A DNA stretch of 64,000 nucleotides, from assembly GCA_017601145.1 (NCBI GenBank), contig JAFNIV010000002.1:23926-87925 (forward strand), written 5' to 3'. The DNA comes from Candidatus Brockarchaeota archaeon (GTDB lineage Archaea; Thermoproteota; EX4484-205; JAAOZO01). Made by a program: the position numbers and the translations under genes. A model generated the notes under the pieces. That model ran no database searches and had not been told where the DNA came from. It saw only the letters and a program-made list of their open reading frames with translations. Below, piece by piece: positions 47,874 to 57,733 of this stretch. Every line of letters starts with the position of its first letter. Positions within the stretch are counted from its first letter, which is position 1.

Positions 47874-48272
47874 ATGACCATATACCATTGGGACCTGAGA
47901 AAGAAGAAAAGAACAGGTGGGAAGAAAGTACCATATAGACGAAAAAGAGCTTATGAAATGGGAAGAAATGCTATAGAAACTAAAATAATAAAGGGGGGCG
48001 ACATCGTAGAAGCAGTAAGGGTTCGTGGAGGAGGAATAAAGTTAAAGCTAAAAGCAACTGGTTTTGTTAACGTATCGACTAATGATGGAAAAACGCAGAG
48101 AACTGAAATACGAGGTCTTGTAACCAACCCATCCAATATGCTTTATGCCAGACGTGGTATAATAACAAAGGGTGCAATAATAAAGACTCCTTTGGGAAAT
48201 GTTAAAGTAACTTCTAAGCCTTCAGTCTCTGGTACTTTAAATGGAGTTTTGGTTTCTTCTCAAGAGACATGA
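47874..48272 (+). CDS. rps8e: 30S ribosomal protein S8e
   Basis: KRTGGK...RKRAYEMGR, RVRGG, NPSN..YARRGIITKGAII. Confidence 0.96.
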   Translation: MTIYHWDLRKKKRTGGKKVPYRRKRAYEMGRNAIETKIIKGGDIVEAVRVRGGGIKLKLKATGFVNVSTNDGKTQRTEIRGLVTNPSNMLYARRGIITKGAIIKTPLGNVKVTSKPSVSGTLNGVLVSSQET

Positions 48273-48574
48273 AAAGAATTTCAAAAGAAAAGTATTTTGT
48301 TCTCTACCCACATTATTTCGATAGAAAAGCACCAAGGAGCTTAGGTAGAAGAGTGCCATATAACCTTGCAACTGATTTCCCAAGTAAAGATCGAGTTGTT
48401 TCTGTTCTAAAAAGTTTAAATTTAAAGTTTGAGATTCAAGATAATGTTGCTTATCCTAGAGTGCCTACTAAGAAAAGTTTTAGAGTCATCGTTTTTTCCT
48501 CGGGAAGAAAGCAACAAACAATAAAGTTGATATCTAGTAAGTTAAAAGAATTTTCTAGAGACAATAAAACATAA
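48269..48574 (+). CDS. srp19: Signal recognition particle 19 kDa protein
   Basis: LYPHYFD....RSLGRRVP, YPR; follows rps8e. Confidence 0.9.
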   Translation: MKRISKEKYFVLYPHYFDRKAPRSLGRRVPYNLATDFPSKDRVVSVLKSLNLKFEIQDNVAYPRVPTKKSFRVIVFSSGRKQQTIKLISSKLKEFSRDNKT

Positions 48575-48616
48575 ATATTCCTTATACTAATAAACCAGAT
48601 TTTGTGACAAAAAGGT

Positions 48617-48865
48617 TTGGGTTTTTCTCATGTTACTAAAGTAGGTGCAATAAGAAAAAAATTAAAAGGAAATAAGGTTCTTGTAGCTATAGAAAAAGAG
48701 TTAAATTTGAACGAAAAACTTTATGACGCTAACGGAAAACCAATTGGTATTGTAAAGGATATAATAGGAAAAATAAGTTCACCTTTTGCAGTAGTCTTTT
48801 TACTAGTTCCTTCAGATCAGGTAACGTTAGAAGCTGCCGTATTCAGGAAAATGAGCAAGAAATGA
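48617..48865 (+). CDS. gar1: H/ACA RNP protein Gar1/Naf1
   Basis: YD.NGK.IG.VKDIIG..SSPFAVV; usual position upstream of tfb. Confidence 0.8.
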   Translation: MGFSHVTKVGAIRKKLKGNKVLVAIEKELNLNEKLYDANGKPIGIVKDIIGKISSPFAVVFLLVPSDQVTLEAAVFRKMSKK

Positions 48866-49764
48866 GCTCAGAACATTTTACTTGTCCGCAATGTGGCTCA
48901 AATGAAATCGTATTTGTTGAAGTTACTGGCGAATACGTTTGTAAACGATGTGGTTATGTGGTTTACCAAGCTAACCTTGATAGGTCTCAAGAGTGGCGTG
49001 TATTTAACGAAGAAAAAGCAGAAGAATTAAATAGGTCTGGTCCTCCTCACTACTTAGATAATGACTTTTCTACAAAAATACGTACTACAAAATCAACGGA
49101 AGGAAATAAAATAGACCCTTCTAAGTATCTGAGACTTTCAAAATGGCAAAATAGGATTTCTAACCCCTATTCTGCAGCAGTTTTAAAAAAGGCAATAAAC
49201 TTCATTTCAGATGTAAACAGCAGGGTAAACTGCCCTAAGCCAATAGTTGAGAAGACAATTGAACTTTACAAGTATGTGCACAAAAATAAATTAGTAAAAG
49301 GACGTCAATTTGAAGTTGAAGTCTTAGCTTCTTTTTATTTAACTTGCAAAATGATGAATCAACCAAGAAGTCTAGAAGAGCTTTCCACTGCTTCTGGGGT
49401 TAAAAAATCAGAACTAGCAAAAGCTTATAGGGAGTTAAGTTGGAAACTTAACGTTAAGCTTAAAGCCACTGATGAGCTTGAGCTTTTCCTACTTAGGTTA
49501 ATGAATAAATTAAAGTTATCTGGAAAAACTGAGAAATTAGCTGTGTCGTATCTCAATCTAGCCAAGGAAAATAAACTTACTTCAGGTAGATCCCCAATAA
49601 GTCTTGCAGCTGCTTGCATTTACTTAGCATTACTAAACTCTGGTCTTCCTATTACTCAGAAAGAAGTTGCTCGAGTTTCTGGAATTACAGAAGTTACGTT
49701 AAGAAACAGATGTAAAGAGCTTGTTGAAGTTGCTAAGCTAAGAGGTTTAAATTTACGTTTTTAG
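48862..49764 (+). CDS. tfb: Transcription initiation factor TFB
   Basis: CPQCGS...GEYVCKRCG, EWRVF, two cyclin folds, GRSP..LAAA, ITEVTLRNR. Confidence 0.95.
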   Translation: MSSEHFTCPQCGSNEIVFVEVTGEYVCKRCGYVVYQANLDRSQEWRVFNEEKAEELNRSGPPHYLDNDFSTKIRTTKSTEGNKIDPSKYLRLSKWQNRISNPYSAAVLKKAINFISDVNSRVNCPKPIVEKTIELYKYVHKNKLVKGRQFEVEVLASFYLTCKMMNQPRSLEELSTASGVKKSELAKAYRELSWKLNVKLKATDELELFLLRLMNKLKLSGKTEKLAVSYLNLAKENKLTSGRSPISLAAACIYLALLNSGLPITQKEVARVSGITEVTLRNRCKELVEVAKLRGLNLRF

Positions 49765-49842
49765 TTGTTTTCTTTATTTGAAGTTATAAACTAAATACAG
49801 GAAAAGAATAACATTAATAAACTGTTTGTTTAAAAGGAAAGG

Positions 49843-50226
49843 TTGGCTTTGGCTTCGCGAGCAACTTCTAGGTTTATAACAAAAAGAAGTACGCTAGAAA
49901 GAAGCGCCCTTGACATTGTTATGAGGGCTGGAGACAATGGAATACTACAAACAGAACTCTGGAAAAAAATTGGCGTTAGTAGTAGGGAAGGGTCAAGAAT
50001 ATGCGTGAGGCTAGAAAAGTGGGGGTTAATTAGAAGAGAAAAATTTTTACATGAAGGAAGATGGACTTATAAGATTTTTTCAACAAAGCCTCCAATAAAA
50101 TTAGATTCTATAATTGGCGCGCCTTGCTTAACATGTCCATATTACTCTAAGTGTGCTCCTGGAAATGAGATATCCCCTGAAAAGTGCACTTGGCTTGAAG
50201 AGTGGGTACTAACTTCTGAGGTATAA
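49843..50226 (+). CDS. TFE-beta / archaeal RPC34-like winged-helix protein with Fe-S cluster
   Basis: GILQTELWK..G.SSREGSR...RLE..GLI.R winged helix; C-terminal PCLTC....KC......SP.KC..L..W. Confidence 0.82.
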   Translation: MALASRATSRFITKRSTLERSALDIVMRAGDNGILQTELWKKIGVSSREGSRICVRLEKWGLIRREKFLHEGRWTYKIFSTKPPIKLDSIIGAPCLTCPYYSKCAPGNEISPEKCTWLEEWVLTSEV

Positions 50227-50232
50227 GTTAAC

Positions 50233-50871
50233 TTGGTTAAATCAAAGAGAAGGTGGTTGCTCGAAAGAAAAAAGGACGTTTTCTTTAGACGAGCAAAGGA
50301 ATTAGGGTATGAGAGTAGAGCTGTATTTAAGCTTAAGTATATTAATAGTATGTTTAACATTCTTAAGAATGGTAGTGCCGTAATAGAACTTGGGTGTAGT
50401 CCTGGTGGATGGAGCCTCTACATACTAGAAAAAATTGGCAAATCTGGTAAGTTGTATGCAGTTGATAAAGTTCCACTACCGATTAAACATAGTTATCCAC
50501 AAATTGAGTTTATACAGGTTGATATTTTGCAAAGCAATTTTCTAGATATACTTTCAACGAAAATAAGTTCGAATTTAGTAGACGTTATTCTTTCAGACTT
50601 AGCACCAAATATGACTGGAAAGTATGAATTAGACTACTATAGGCAAATTGCTCTGGTAAAAGTTGTGCTAGCAACAATTGAAAAGTTTCTAAAACCTGGA
50701 GGCTCGGCTGTAGTAAAGATTTTTGAGGGCCCAGAGTCCCAAAATTTTAAAAAGCTGTTGCTATCAAAATTCAAGTTTGTTCATAGCATAAAACCTCCTG
50801 CTTCTAGGAAACATAGTTCTGAATTTTACTTAGTTGGACTAGGGTATTCTGGCAAAACGCTATTAACTTAA
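50233..50871 (+). CDS. rlmE: 23S rRNA 2'-O-methyltransferase RlmE/FtsJ
   Basis: SRAVFKL, ELGCSPGGW, SDLAPN, VVKIF, KPPASR..SSEFY. Confidence 0.93.
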   Translation: MVKSKRRWLLERKKDVFFRRAKELGYESRAVFKLKYINSMFNILKNGSAVIELGCSPGGWSLYILEKIGKSGKLYAVDKVPLPIKHSYPQIEFIQVDILQSNFLDILSTKISSNLVDVILSDLAPNMTGKYELDYYRQIALVKVVLATIEKFLKPGGSAVVKIFEGPESQNFKKLLLSKFKFVHSIKPPASRKHSSEFYLVGLGYSGKTLLT

Positions 50872-52044
50872 CTCGCTATAAATCTTAATAAATTCAGAGT
50901 TTGGCATATTTGTTTTTATTCCTTTAGGATCATACAATGTTCTTGTTGCTACATATCCCTTTTCTTTTATTTTGTTAATAAGTTTTTGTACTTTCCTTGA
51001 GCTAACATTAAGTGATTTTGAAATTAAGTCAGTGTCGTAATATCCAACAATTTCACTATTTTCATTCGCTATTTTAAGAATCATATCTACTGATTCTTGA
51101 GAAAGTTCAAAAGAATTGTTATACATACTTTTTACAAGTTCATTATCAATATATTTTGATAACCATATTGGTCCAATAATTTGGTGATTTTCACCTTTTT
51201 CCCAATTATTTTTTATCACATCTTCCATTTTAATAGTCTCCCAACTATTCTCTTTTGTATTGTACAATACAAAACCCAAGTTTGATATAGATTCTTTGGC
51301 ATATTTTTTTCCTCTTAGAACTTTAACATAAACTCTTATGTAGTGTTTTTCACTGTAAGCTAACTCTGGTACTATTCCTATTTCTTGTTTGGTTGCTGTT
51401 AGTGCGATGCTTGCTATAAGTGCTCTAATGCCAAATTCTTTGTTAAACTGTATTCTACTGGCTATTACTCCATATTTCAAGAAAGTTTTTATAGAATTGT
51501 TCCCTAATAAAGTTGCGGTATCTGTTGCTGTTATTCCAACGTGCCCCTCATGTTTCACGGACAATAATGCGCTTTCAATGAATTCTGCAGGTGAACCAAA
51601 TGGATCTAAGTCTAAATAATCAAATCTATCCTTTGGAGCAGAATGCATCAAAGAAAACATTCTTGCATCTACGCAAAAAGTTTTTACTTTATTTCTTACT
51701 CCATTTATATTTAAATTTTTTTCTGCTAGTTCTATCGCTTTTTTATTTATATCATTTATTTCACATATAAGTTTGGTATTGGTCTCTAAAATTGCTCTAA
51801 TGCACCGTACTCCTACTCCTGTCATCATCTCACCATATCTTAATTCCTTTGTTGTTCTTTGTAACGTTGTTCTTAGAAACGCTATCATTATATCTCTATT
51901 CGTTTTCATTATAGGGTTGAAAAAAACAGGAGTTAAAGCTGGTACATAACTTCCCTTCACTCTGTAGCTTTCTAGCCTATAAACCAAAAGTTTCGCTTTT
52001 CCTTCAACTACCTCTTCGTATTTTTCTGTAGTTTCTTCGCTCAA
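50863..52044 (-). CDS. trm1: tRNA (G26-N2) dimethyltransferase
   Basis: VFFNP.M..NRD, G.R.IR, DLDPFGSP, TATD, GPIW. Confidence 0.93.
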   Translation of the reverse strand: MSEETTEKYEEVVEGKAKLLVYRLESYRVKGSYVPALTPVFFNPIMKTNRDIMIAFLRTTLQRTTKELRYGEMMTGVGVRCIRAILETNTKLICEINDINKKAIELAEKNLNINGVRNKVKTFCVDARMFSLMHSAPKDRFDYLDLDPFGSPAEFIESALLSVKHEGHVGITATDTATLLGNNSIKTFLKYGVIASRIQFNKEFGIRALIASIALTATKQEIGIVPELAYSEKHYIRVYVKVLRGKKYAKESISNLGFVLYNTKENSWETIKMEDVIKNNWEKGENHQIIGPIWLSKYIDNELVKSMYNNSFELSQESVDMILKIANENSEIVGYYDTDLISKSLNVSSRKVQKLINKIKEKGYVATRTLYDPKGIKTNMPNSEFIKIYSELS

Positions 52045-52192
52045 CTTATTTTTTGTTTTATTTCTTGATTTATTAAATTTTTATAGCCGTTATGTAATCT
52101 TATTTAATTCTCTGACGAAGTATGCGTTCATCAAAAACAAGAAACGTTTAAAAATTCCTTTCAAACTTTATAGCCATAATGGTGTTAATACA

Positions 52193-53518
52193 ATGAAGTA
52201 TGACGTTATAATAGTAGGAGCTGGTCCGGCTGGTACCATGGCTGCTATAAATACTGCCAAGTCTGGGCTTTCAACCCTACTTATTGATAAAGAACCAAAA
52301 GACAAAGTTGGTGATAAAGTTTGTGGTAATGCTGTTTCTTTACAGCATTTAAAAGAGATTGGCTTAAATCCTCCTAGTGAGACTACATATGGAACTATTG
52401 ACTCCATAGAGATAATCTCGCCAGATTTAAAAAACAAGTATCGTTTTTCTGCAGAAAATGCTGGCATTGAAATTGATAGGTTAAAGTTTGGTCAATACCT
52501 ACTAAAACTTGCATTAGATAATGGTGCGAACTTCATAGAAAGCGTAGCGATTACTTCGCCAATAATCGAAAATAATATGGTAGTGGGAGTTTCTGGTGTT
52601 AACTTAAAGGATTCTTCAAAAGTTGAATTTAAAGGAAGTGTCGTTGTTGATGCTTCTGGTGCTGCTGGAGTTTTAAGAAAAAAGTTACACGACTACGTAG
52701 ATGATACTCTAGATGATGATGAAACTATGGTGGCTTTTAGAGAAATTAGAACCACAAGAAATCAAGATAAAATTTTTAAAATTTTCATAAACCAACAATT
52801 TTCTCCTGGTGGGTATTTTTGGTATGTGCCAATGGGTGAAAACCTTGCCAACATTGGCATAGGTGTCAGAAAGAATTCCATAGACCCAAAATTTGGGTAC
52901 AGGGAATTTTTAAAATTTCTTCCAAACCTGAAGGACTCAAAAGTTGTTCATTCTGGTTCTGGAATTGTACCAGTGAGAAGGCCTATGGCTCCAGCAGTAT
53001 GGAATGGTATTCTTTTTATTGGGGATAGCGGATTCACTGTTGATCCAATAACTGGAGGCGGAATAGGCTCATCACTTGAAGCTGGAAAAATAGCAGCAGA
53101 GTCGATAGTTAAAGCTCATGAAAGAGGCTCTTTTCTTCAAGATTCCTTATGGGATTTTAGTTTAAGATATAATAAAAAGATAGGTCATAAGTACGCTTCT
53201 CTGGATGTAATGAGAATCGCATTACAAGCAAGAACTAATGAGGAAATAAACTTTATCATGCGTTCTGGGATTGTTTCACAAGATGACCTATTAAAAGTAA
53301 CAAGTGGGGAAGAACTAAAGTTAAATTTCATAGATGCTTTCGTGAGAGCTATTGCTGGTATGCGGCACTTTAGTTTGTTGCTTCTATTACTTAGACTCGT
53401 AAAGCTTTCAAATGAAGCTAAAACTCTTTACTATAACTTTCCTACTTTTAGTGAGTTTAAAGCATGGAAAGAAAAGGACCTAAGACTCCATAAAGCAGCT
53501 CATAGTCAACTAGCTTAG
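52193..53518 (+). CDS. Geranylgeranyl reductase family (digeranylgeranylglycerophospholipid reductase)
   Basis: GAGPAG, KVCG, PGGYFW, GDSG..VDPITGGGI. Confidence 0.9.
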   Translation: MKYDVIIVGAGPAGTMAAINTAKSGLSTLLIDKEPKDKVGDKVCGNAVSLQHLKEIGLNPPSETTYGTIDSIEIISPDLKNKYRFSAENAGIEIDRLKFGQYLLKLALDNGANFIESVAITSPIIENNMVVGVSGVNLKDSSKVEFKGSVVVDASGAAGVLRKKLHDYVDDTLDDDETMVAFREIRTTRNQDKIFKIFINQQFSPGGYFWYVPMGENLANIGIGVRKNSIDPKFGYREFLKFLPNLKDSKVVHSGSGIVPVRRPMAPAVWNGILFIGDSGFTVDPITGGGIGSSLEAGKIAAESIVKAHERGSFLQDSLWDFSLRYNKKIGHKYASLDVMRIALQARTNEEINFIMRSGIVSQDDLLKVTSGEELKLNFIDAFVRAIAGMRHFSLLLLLLRLVKLSNEAKTLYYNFPTFSEFKAWKEKDLRLHKAAHSQLA

Positions 53519-53617
53519 ATAAATATTATCCTTTATAAAATATATTTCTTTTTATCAACTTTAATTTAATGCATTGAAAGTAGTTACGAAAACCTAATAA
53601 ATAGCCTAAAGTAAAAA

Positions 53618-54757
53618 TTGACGAGGAAAATGACTCCACGTACTTCAAGAAAAAAAGTAAAGAAAGTTTCAAAAGTTGTTCTTGGAGAGAAAACAAGAAA
53701 GGAAATCTTTGAAAGTCCCGAAGCCATAAAGAATACTTTTCAGTCGCAGCAAGACAACATTATCTCAATCTCAAAAGCTATTGTTGAAAGAAAGCCTTCA
53801 AGAGTCTTCCTTCTAGGTAGTGGAACTTCTTATCACGCTGGAGTTGTGGGTGCTTATGTACTAAATAAGCTTACAAATATCTTAGCAGTTCCAGTTCAAG
53901 CTTCTGAATTTGTTGAATTTGTTGGAAACTCTATAAGTAAAAATGATGTTGTTGTGACTTATTCGCAATCAGGAGAATCTACAGATACTCTTGTAGCTCT
54001 TAGGTATGCGAAGTCTAAAGGTGCCTTGATAATAGGAATAACTAATACCCCTGGAAGTAGCTTAACAGTAGAGTCAAACTACTCGATAGTAACAATGGCT
54101 GGTGTAGAAGAAAGTGTAGTTGCTACTAAAACATTTCAAGCCCAATTAGCAGTGACTTTTCTTCTTGCTGTAAGTATTGCAAGAGAACTTGGTTCTATTG
54201 GTGAGGCTGATTATAATGCAATAGTCAACGAGCTTACCAATACTCCAAACGTTTTAGCATCGGAGCTTCCTAATTGGGAAAAGAAAACAAAGGAAGTAGC
54301 ATTAAAGTTCAAAAATATTCATGATGTGTTTGTTTTAGGTTTTGGAGAAGGTTATGCTCTTGCGCTTGAGGCTGGTCTAAAACTAAAGGAAGCTTCACTA
54401 ACTCACTCAGAAACTTTCTCTGTAGCCGAATTTCGTCATGGTCCAATGTCATTAGTTACAAAAGGTGTAGGTGTACTAATGGTAACTCCATCTTCACAAG
54501 AAAGGCTTGAATTTGCTGAAAAACTAGCAAAAGAATTAAAGGAAAAGAAGGCTACAATGGTTTCAATTTCTCAAGAAAACTTAGGTTTCAAGAGTAAAGT
54601 TTCAGACTTTGAACTAAAGTTTCCAAAGATAAACCCATTCTTAGCTCCAATTTATCAAGTAGCAATAGTACAACTTTTAGCATATAACTTAGCACTTGCT
54701 AGAAAGATAAATCCTGATAGCCCAAGACATTTAACAAAAGTTGTTAAATTAGGATGA
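53618..54757 (+). CDS. Double-SIS protein: GlmS isomerase domain only (glucosamine-6-P deaminase-like)
   Basis: GSGTSYHA, SQSGESTDT, ATKTF, EAGLKLKE, EFRHGP, PDSPRHLTKVV; no N-terminal Cys glutaminase domain. Confidence 0.85.
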   Translation: MTRKMTPRTSRKKVKKVSKVVLGEKTRKEIFESPEAIKNTFQSQQDNIISISKAIVERKPSRVFLLGSGTSYHAGVVGAYVLNKLTNILAVPVQASEFVEFVGNSISKNDVVVTYSQSGESTDTLVALRYAKSKGALIIGITNTPGSSLTVESNYSIVTMAGVEESVVATKTFQAQLAVTFLLAVSIARELGSIGEADYNAIVNELTNTPNVLASELPNWEKKTKEVALKFKNIHDVFVLGFGEGYALALEAGLKLKEASLTHSETFSVAEFRHGPMSLVTKGVGVLMVTPSSQERLEFAEKLAKELKEKKATMVSISQENLGFKSKVSDFELKFPKINPFLAPIYQVAIVQLLAYNLALARKINPDSPRHLTKVVKLG

Positions 54758-54763
54758 TCTAAA

Positions 54764-56047
54764 ATGAAAGTAGCAATCTTTGAGGATGATTTAACTTTTA
54801 ATTTCTTTCCAATCACTTTAACGCGTCCTTCTTTCTTCTTAAAATTAGGTGTGTTACGTTTCTATGATAGAGTTAAAATAGAATCTAAAACCGAGCCTAT
54901 ACTATTCACAAGAGACTTCATAGGTAACTATCTAAAAAGCAAGTACAACTTTCGTGTAAATGACACTAGTTCAGTTGACGATGAAACATTGTTCATAAAT
55001 GGCCTAGTTTTAGTTAAAAAAGAAAGCTACAAGATACTTTCCAACTTAGAACCCAATACTGCGCTCAGCAAGAATGGAAGATTAGTTGCTGTAAAGTTTA
55101 AGTCATCTGCTGCAAAACAAGCTGCAGAATTACTAATAAATGCACCAGATCTTTCGAAAGAAAAGCAAATTCTTTCATTAGCAGAAAAAAATCTAGAGCC
55201 TAAAGATGTTCAATTAATTGAAAATTATTGGGAAATAATAGAAGAGAACACTCATCAAATAGCAGAAGACTTCCCAAAGCTTCCTAAAAAAGGTGGTTCA
55301 AAGCTTTCTAATAAAGTGACAGTAGTTGGGAAAAAGACTCAAGTATTTGTTGGGAAAAATTCCGAAATTGGTCCAAATGTTGTTTTAGATGCAAGTTCTG
55401 GTCCTATATATATAGGAAATAACACGAAAGTGCATCCTTTTACTTGGATTCAAGGTCCTGCTTACATTGGTTCTGAAACTATAATCCACCCTGGTTCTGT
55501 AATAAGAGAAGGCTCAAACATTGGAGATGTTTGTAGAATTGGAGGAGAAGTAGAAGAAAGCATAGTTCAAGGGTTCTCTAACAAACCTCACGCAGGATTC
55601 CTTGGTCATGCATATGTTGGAGAGTGGGTTAACTTAGGTGCCCTATTTACAAATTCAGACCTAAAAAATACTTATGGAAGTGTAAAAGTAGTGATAAGAG
55701 GGAAAAAAGTTGATTCTGGAACTACAAAGCTTGGAGGAATGGTTGGTGATCATGCTAAAGCTTCGATAGGGTCGTTACTATACACAGGTAAAAAAGTAGG
55801 CGTCGCTTCTCAGATTCATGGCGTTGTAGAGGAAGATGTACCCTCATTCCTCTACTATGCAAAGACTTTGGGGAATCCTTTATGGGAAATAATGTTAGAA
55901 GCTGCGATAGAAACCGCGAAAAGAGTAATGGCGAGAAGAAAGGTAGATTTTACAGAAGCGGACAAAACATTACTAACTAAAGTTTTTGAGTTAACGCAAC
56001 CTGAAAGAGATGCTCTTAATCCAAGAAAAGGTCCATTTTCCTTTTAA
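54764..56047 (+). CDS. GlmU-like protein: putative nucleotidyltransferase domain plus left-handed beta-helix
   Basis: IFED.....FFPITLTRP...LKLG, hexapeptide repeats, IGGEVEES, NKPHAGFLGHAYVGEWVNLGA, NSDLKN. Confidence 0.85.
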   Translation: MKVAIFEDDLTFNFFPITLTRPSFFLKLGVLRFYDRVKIESKTEPILFTRDFIGNYLKSKYNFRVNDTSSVDDETLFINGLVLVKKESYKILSNLEPNTALSKNGRLVAVKFKSSAAKQAAELLINAPDLSKEKQILSLAEKNLEPKDVQLIENYWEIIEENTHQIAEDFPKLPKKGGSKLSNKVTVVGKKTQVFVGKNSEIGPNVVLDASSGPIYIGNNTKVHPFTWIQGPAYIGSETIIHPGSVIREGSNIGDVCRIGGEVEESIVQGFSNKPHAGFLGHAYVGEWVNLGALFTNSDLKNTYGSVKVVIRGKKVDSGTTKLGGMVGDHAKASIGSLLYTGKKVGVASQIHGVVEEDVPSFLYYAKTLGNPLWEIMLEAAIETAKRVMARRKVDFTEADKTLLTKVFELTQPERDALNPRKGPFSF

Positions 56048-56127
56048 GCTATATTTCTATTAAACACTTACATAATTTTTCTACATGTTATTCTTTTTTA
56101 AACCTTTCTTAGTTGGAATAGTTCAAA

Positions 56128-56586
56128 ATGCTTTCTGTAGGTTGGGAGGAAGACTTTAATGAGATACTTTTTTTACTTAGAAAAAATAAAGAGCGTTTAA
56201 AAAACTTAAGAGAGTTGACAAATTCAGGTAAAATTTCTTCTGAGACTTTTGAGTCTCTTTATAAAAAATTTGAAACAGAATTACTAGAGTCTGAGTCAAA
56301 AAGGCAAAATTTACTCGAAAAATTATTAACTCTTCAAAAAGACTTACAAAATGAATTAGAGTTGTTAGAATCTGAACTTAGAAAACTCGAAATTAAGTTA
56401 GCCTATTCCTTGATAAATGAAGATCATTTTGAGAAAGTTTCTACTGCATTTAAGTACGCTATTGAAGAAGTTTCTAGAGAATTGTCGAGTGTTAGTACAG
56501 CAGTAGAACAATTAGCCAAAGAAGCTCCAGAAGTTCAAGAACAAGCAGTAAATAAGGCATTGGAAAGGCTTGACGAAAGCTTCTAA
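56128..56586 (+). CDS. CdvA-like coiled-coil protein
   Basis: W...F......RK.KERL..L.EL...GKIS..TF..L...FE and LE..L..LE......I.E..F pattern of the CdvA helical domain; no PRC barrel. Confidence 0.65.
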   Translation: MLSVGWEEDFNEILFLLRKNKERLKNLRELTNSGKISSETFESLYKKFETELLESESKRQNLLEKLLTLQKDLQNELELLESELRKLEIKLAYSLINEDHFEKVSTAFKYAIEEVSRELSSVSTAVEQLAKEAPEVQEQAVNKALERLDESF

Positions 56587-56604
56587 GCTGTAAATAATTA
56601 GTTT

Positions 56605-56934
56605 TTAGGCTGTCTTTGGAATTGTTTCTTTAAATTCTACTTTATTTTTTGAAACTATAATTTCATACACATCATTTATCTGTGGCCTTCCTATGCTGTT
56701 GTATTCTTCCATCGTTAAGAAAAGGATTAATCGTGCATTGTATACTTTTGGAAACAATCCCGCCTGTTGTAACCCACTCATCAAGCCAAAAGCGACATCT
56801 GTTGCATATTCTCTTTCGTCAAACTGTTGACCTCGAGTAATAACTGTTGGAGTGATCGATGCCATTTCCACTCTAACTCCCGCCTTTCCTTCAACATCTG
56901 TTGAACTTATGGATACTACTTTTACTACTGCCAT
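56605..56934 (-). CDS. Arcadin-1-like protein
   Basis: RLILFLTMEEYNSIGRPQINDVYEIIV resembles the arcadin-1 C-terminal motif (R..L.LT.EE....G....GD..EI); similar length. Confidence 0.55.
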   Translation of the reverse strand: MAVVKVVSISSTDVEGKAGVRVEMASITPTVITRGQQFDEREYATDVAFGLMSGLQQAGLFPKVYNARLILFLTMEEYNSIGRPQINDVYEIIVSKNKVEFKETIPKTA

Positions 56935-57129
56935 TCTTATAGTCTAACTTCCTTCTTTACTCCTTTTAAGCTTATTCTTTTTATAGTTGTACTAACTTAG
57001 AGTGAGTTTCTTATAAGTGTAACTATGGGAGCACAGCATCTTTTTATTGCTGTTATTTGAAGCTTCTTCAAAAGTACTGATTTTTCTTAGAAAAATGTTA
57101 AAAAGGCTCAACTTGCAGTCTGAGAAGTA

Positions 57130-57711
57130 ATGAATTCAGAAACAATAGAATGCGCTATCTGCAAGGATAGAATACTGAAGTCTGAGGCAGTCTTTTTTAA
57201 CGGAAAATACTATTGTTCTCATTGTTTTAGAAACTATGTAGTAGAGGCACCTCCTACTGGTAACATTTTCTTTGTTTCTTCTATAGCATGTATCATTTCT
57301 TCAATTCTCAGTTTACTTAGAGGCTTTACAGTTATTTTTTCTTACTTTGTTACGCGTTTAGTTTCCTCTACGCTTTGGAGTAAAGAAAGCATATCTTTTT
57401 TAACAAACGTATTTCTATTAATTGGAGTAGTTTCATTCATTATGAGTTTTGCTTTCTTTATTTCAGGTAAGTACTTATTCAATGCAAAGAACATCAAAGG
57501 AAGAAAATATGGTTCGATTTCTGTAAAAATAGATTTAGCCTTAATTTTTATTTTCGTTCTTCTTGTTTGGATGTTACAATCTTCTGGTATTGCGCAAAAC
57601 TCTTTTACTTTGTACTATTTGATAGCTGCCGTTCCAAATACAATTTCTGACTCTTTTCTACTCGTTGTTCTGCCAACTTTAGGCGATGTGGAATTTTCTG
57701 TAAGAAGTTAG
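57130..57711 (+). CDS. Membrane protein with N-terminal zinc finger
   Basis: CAIC...YYCSHC followed by about four TM helices. Confidence 0.75.
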   Translation: MNSETIECAICKDRILKSEAVFFNGKYYCSHCFRNYVVEAPPTGNIFFVSSIACIISSILSLLRGFTVIFSYFVTRLVSSTLWSKESISFLTNVFLLIGVVSFIMSFAFFISGKYLFNAKNIKGRKYGSISVKIDLALIFIFVLLVWMLQSSGIAQNSFTLYYLIAAVPNTISDSFLLVVLPTLGDVEFSVRS

Positions 57712-57733
57712 TATTTTTAGCATCTTAGCTTAA

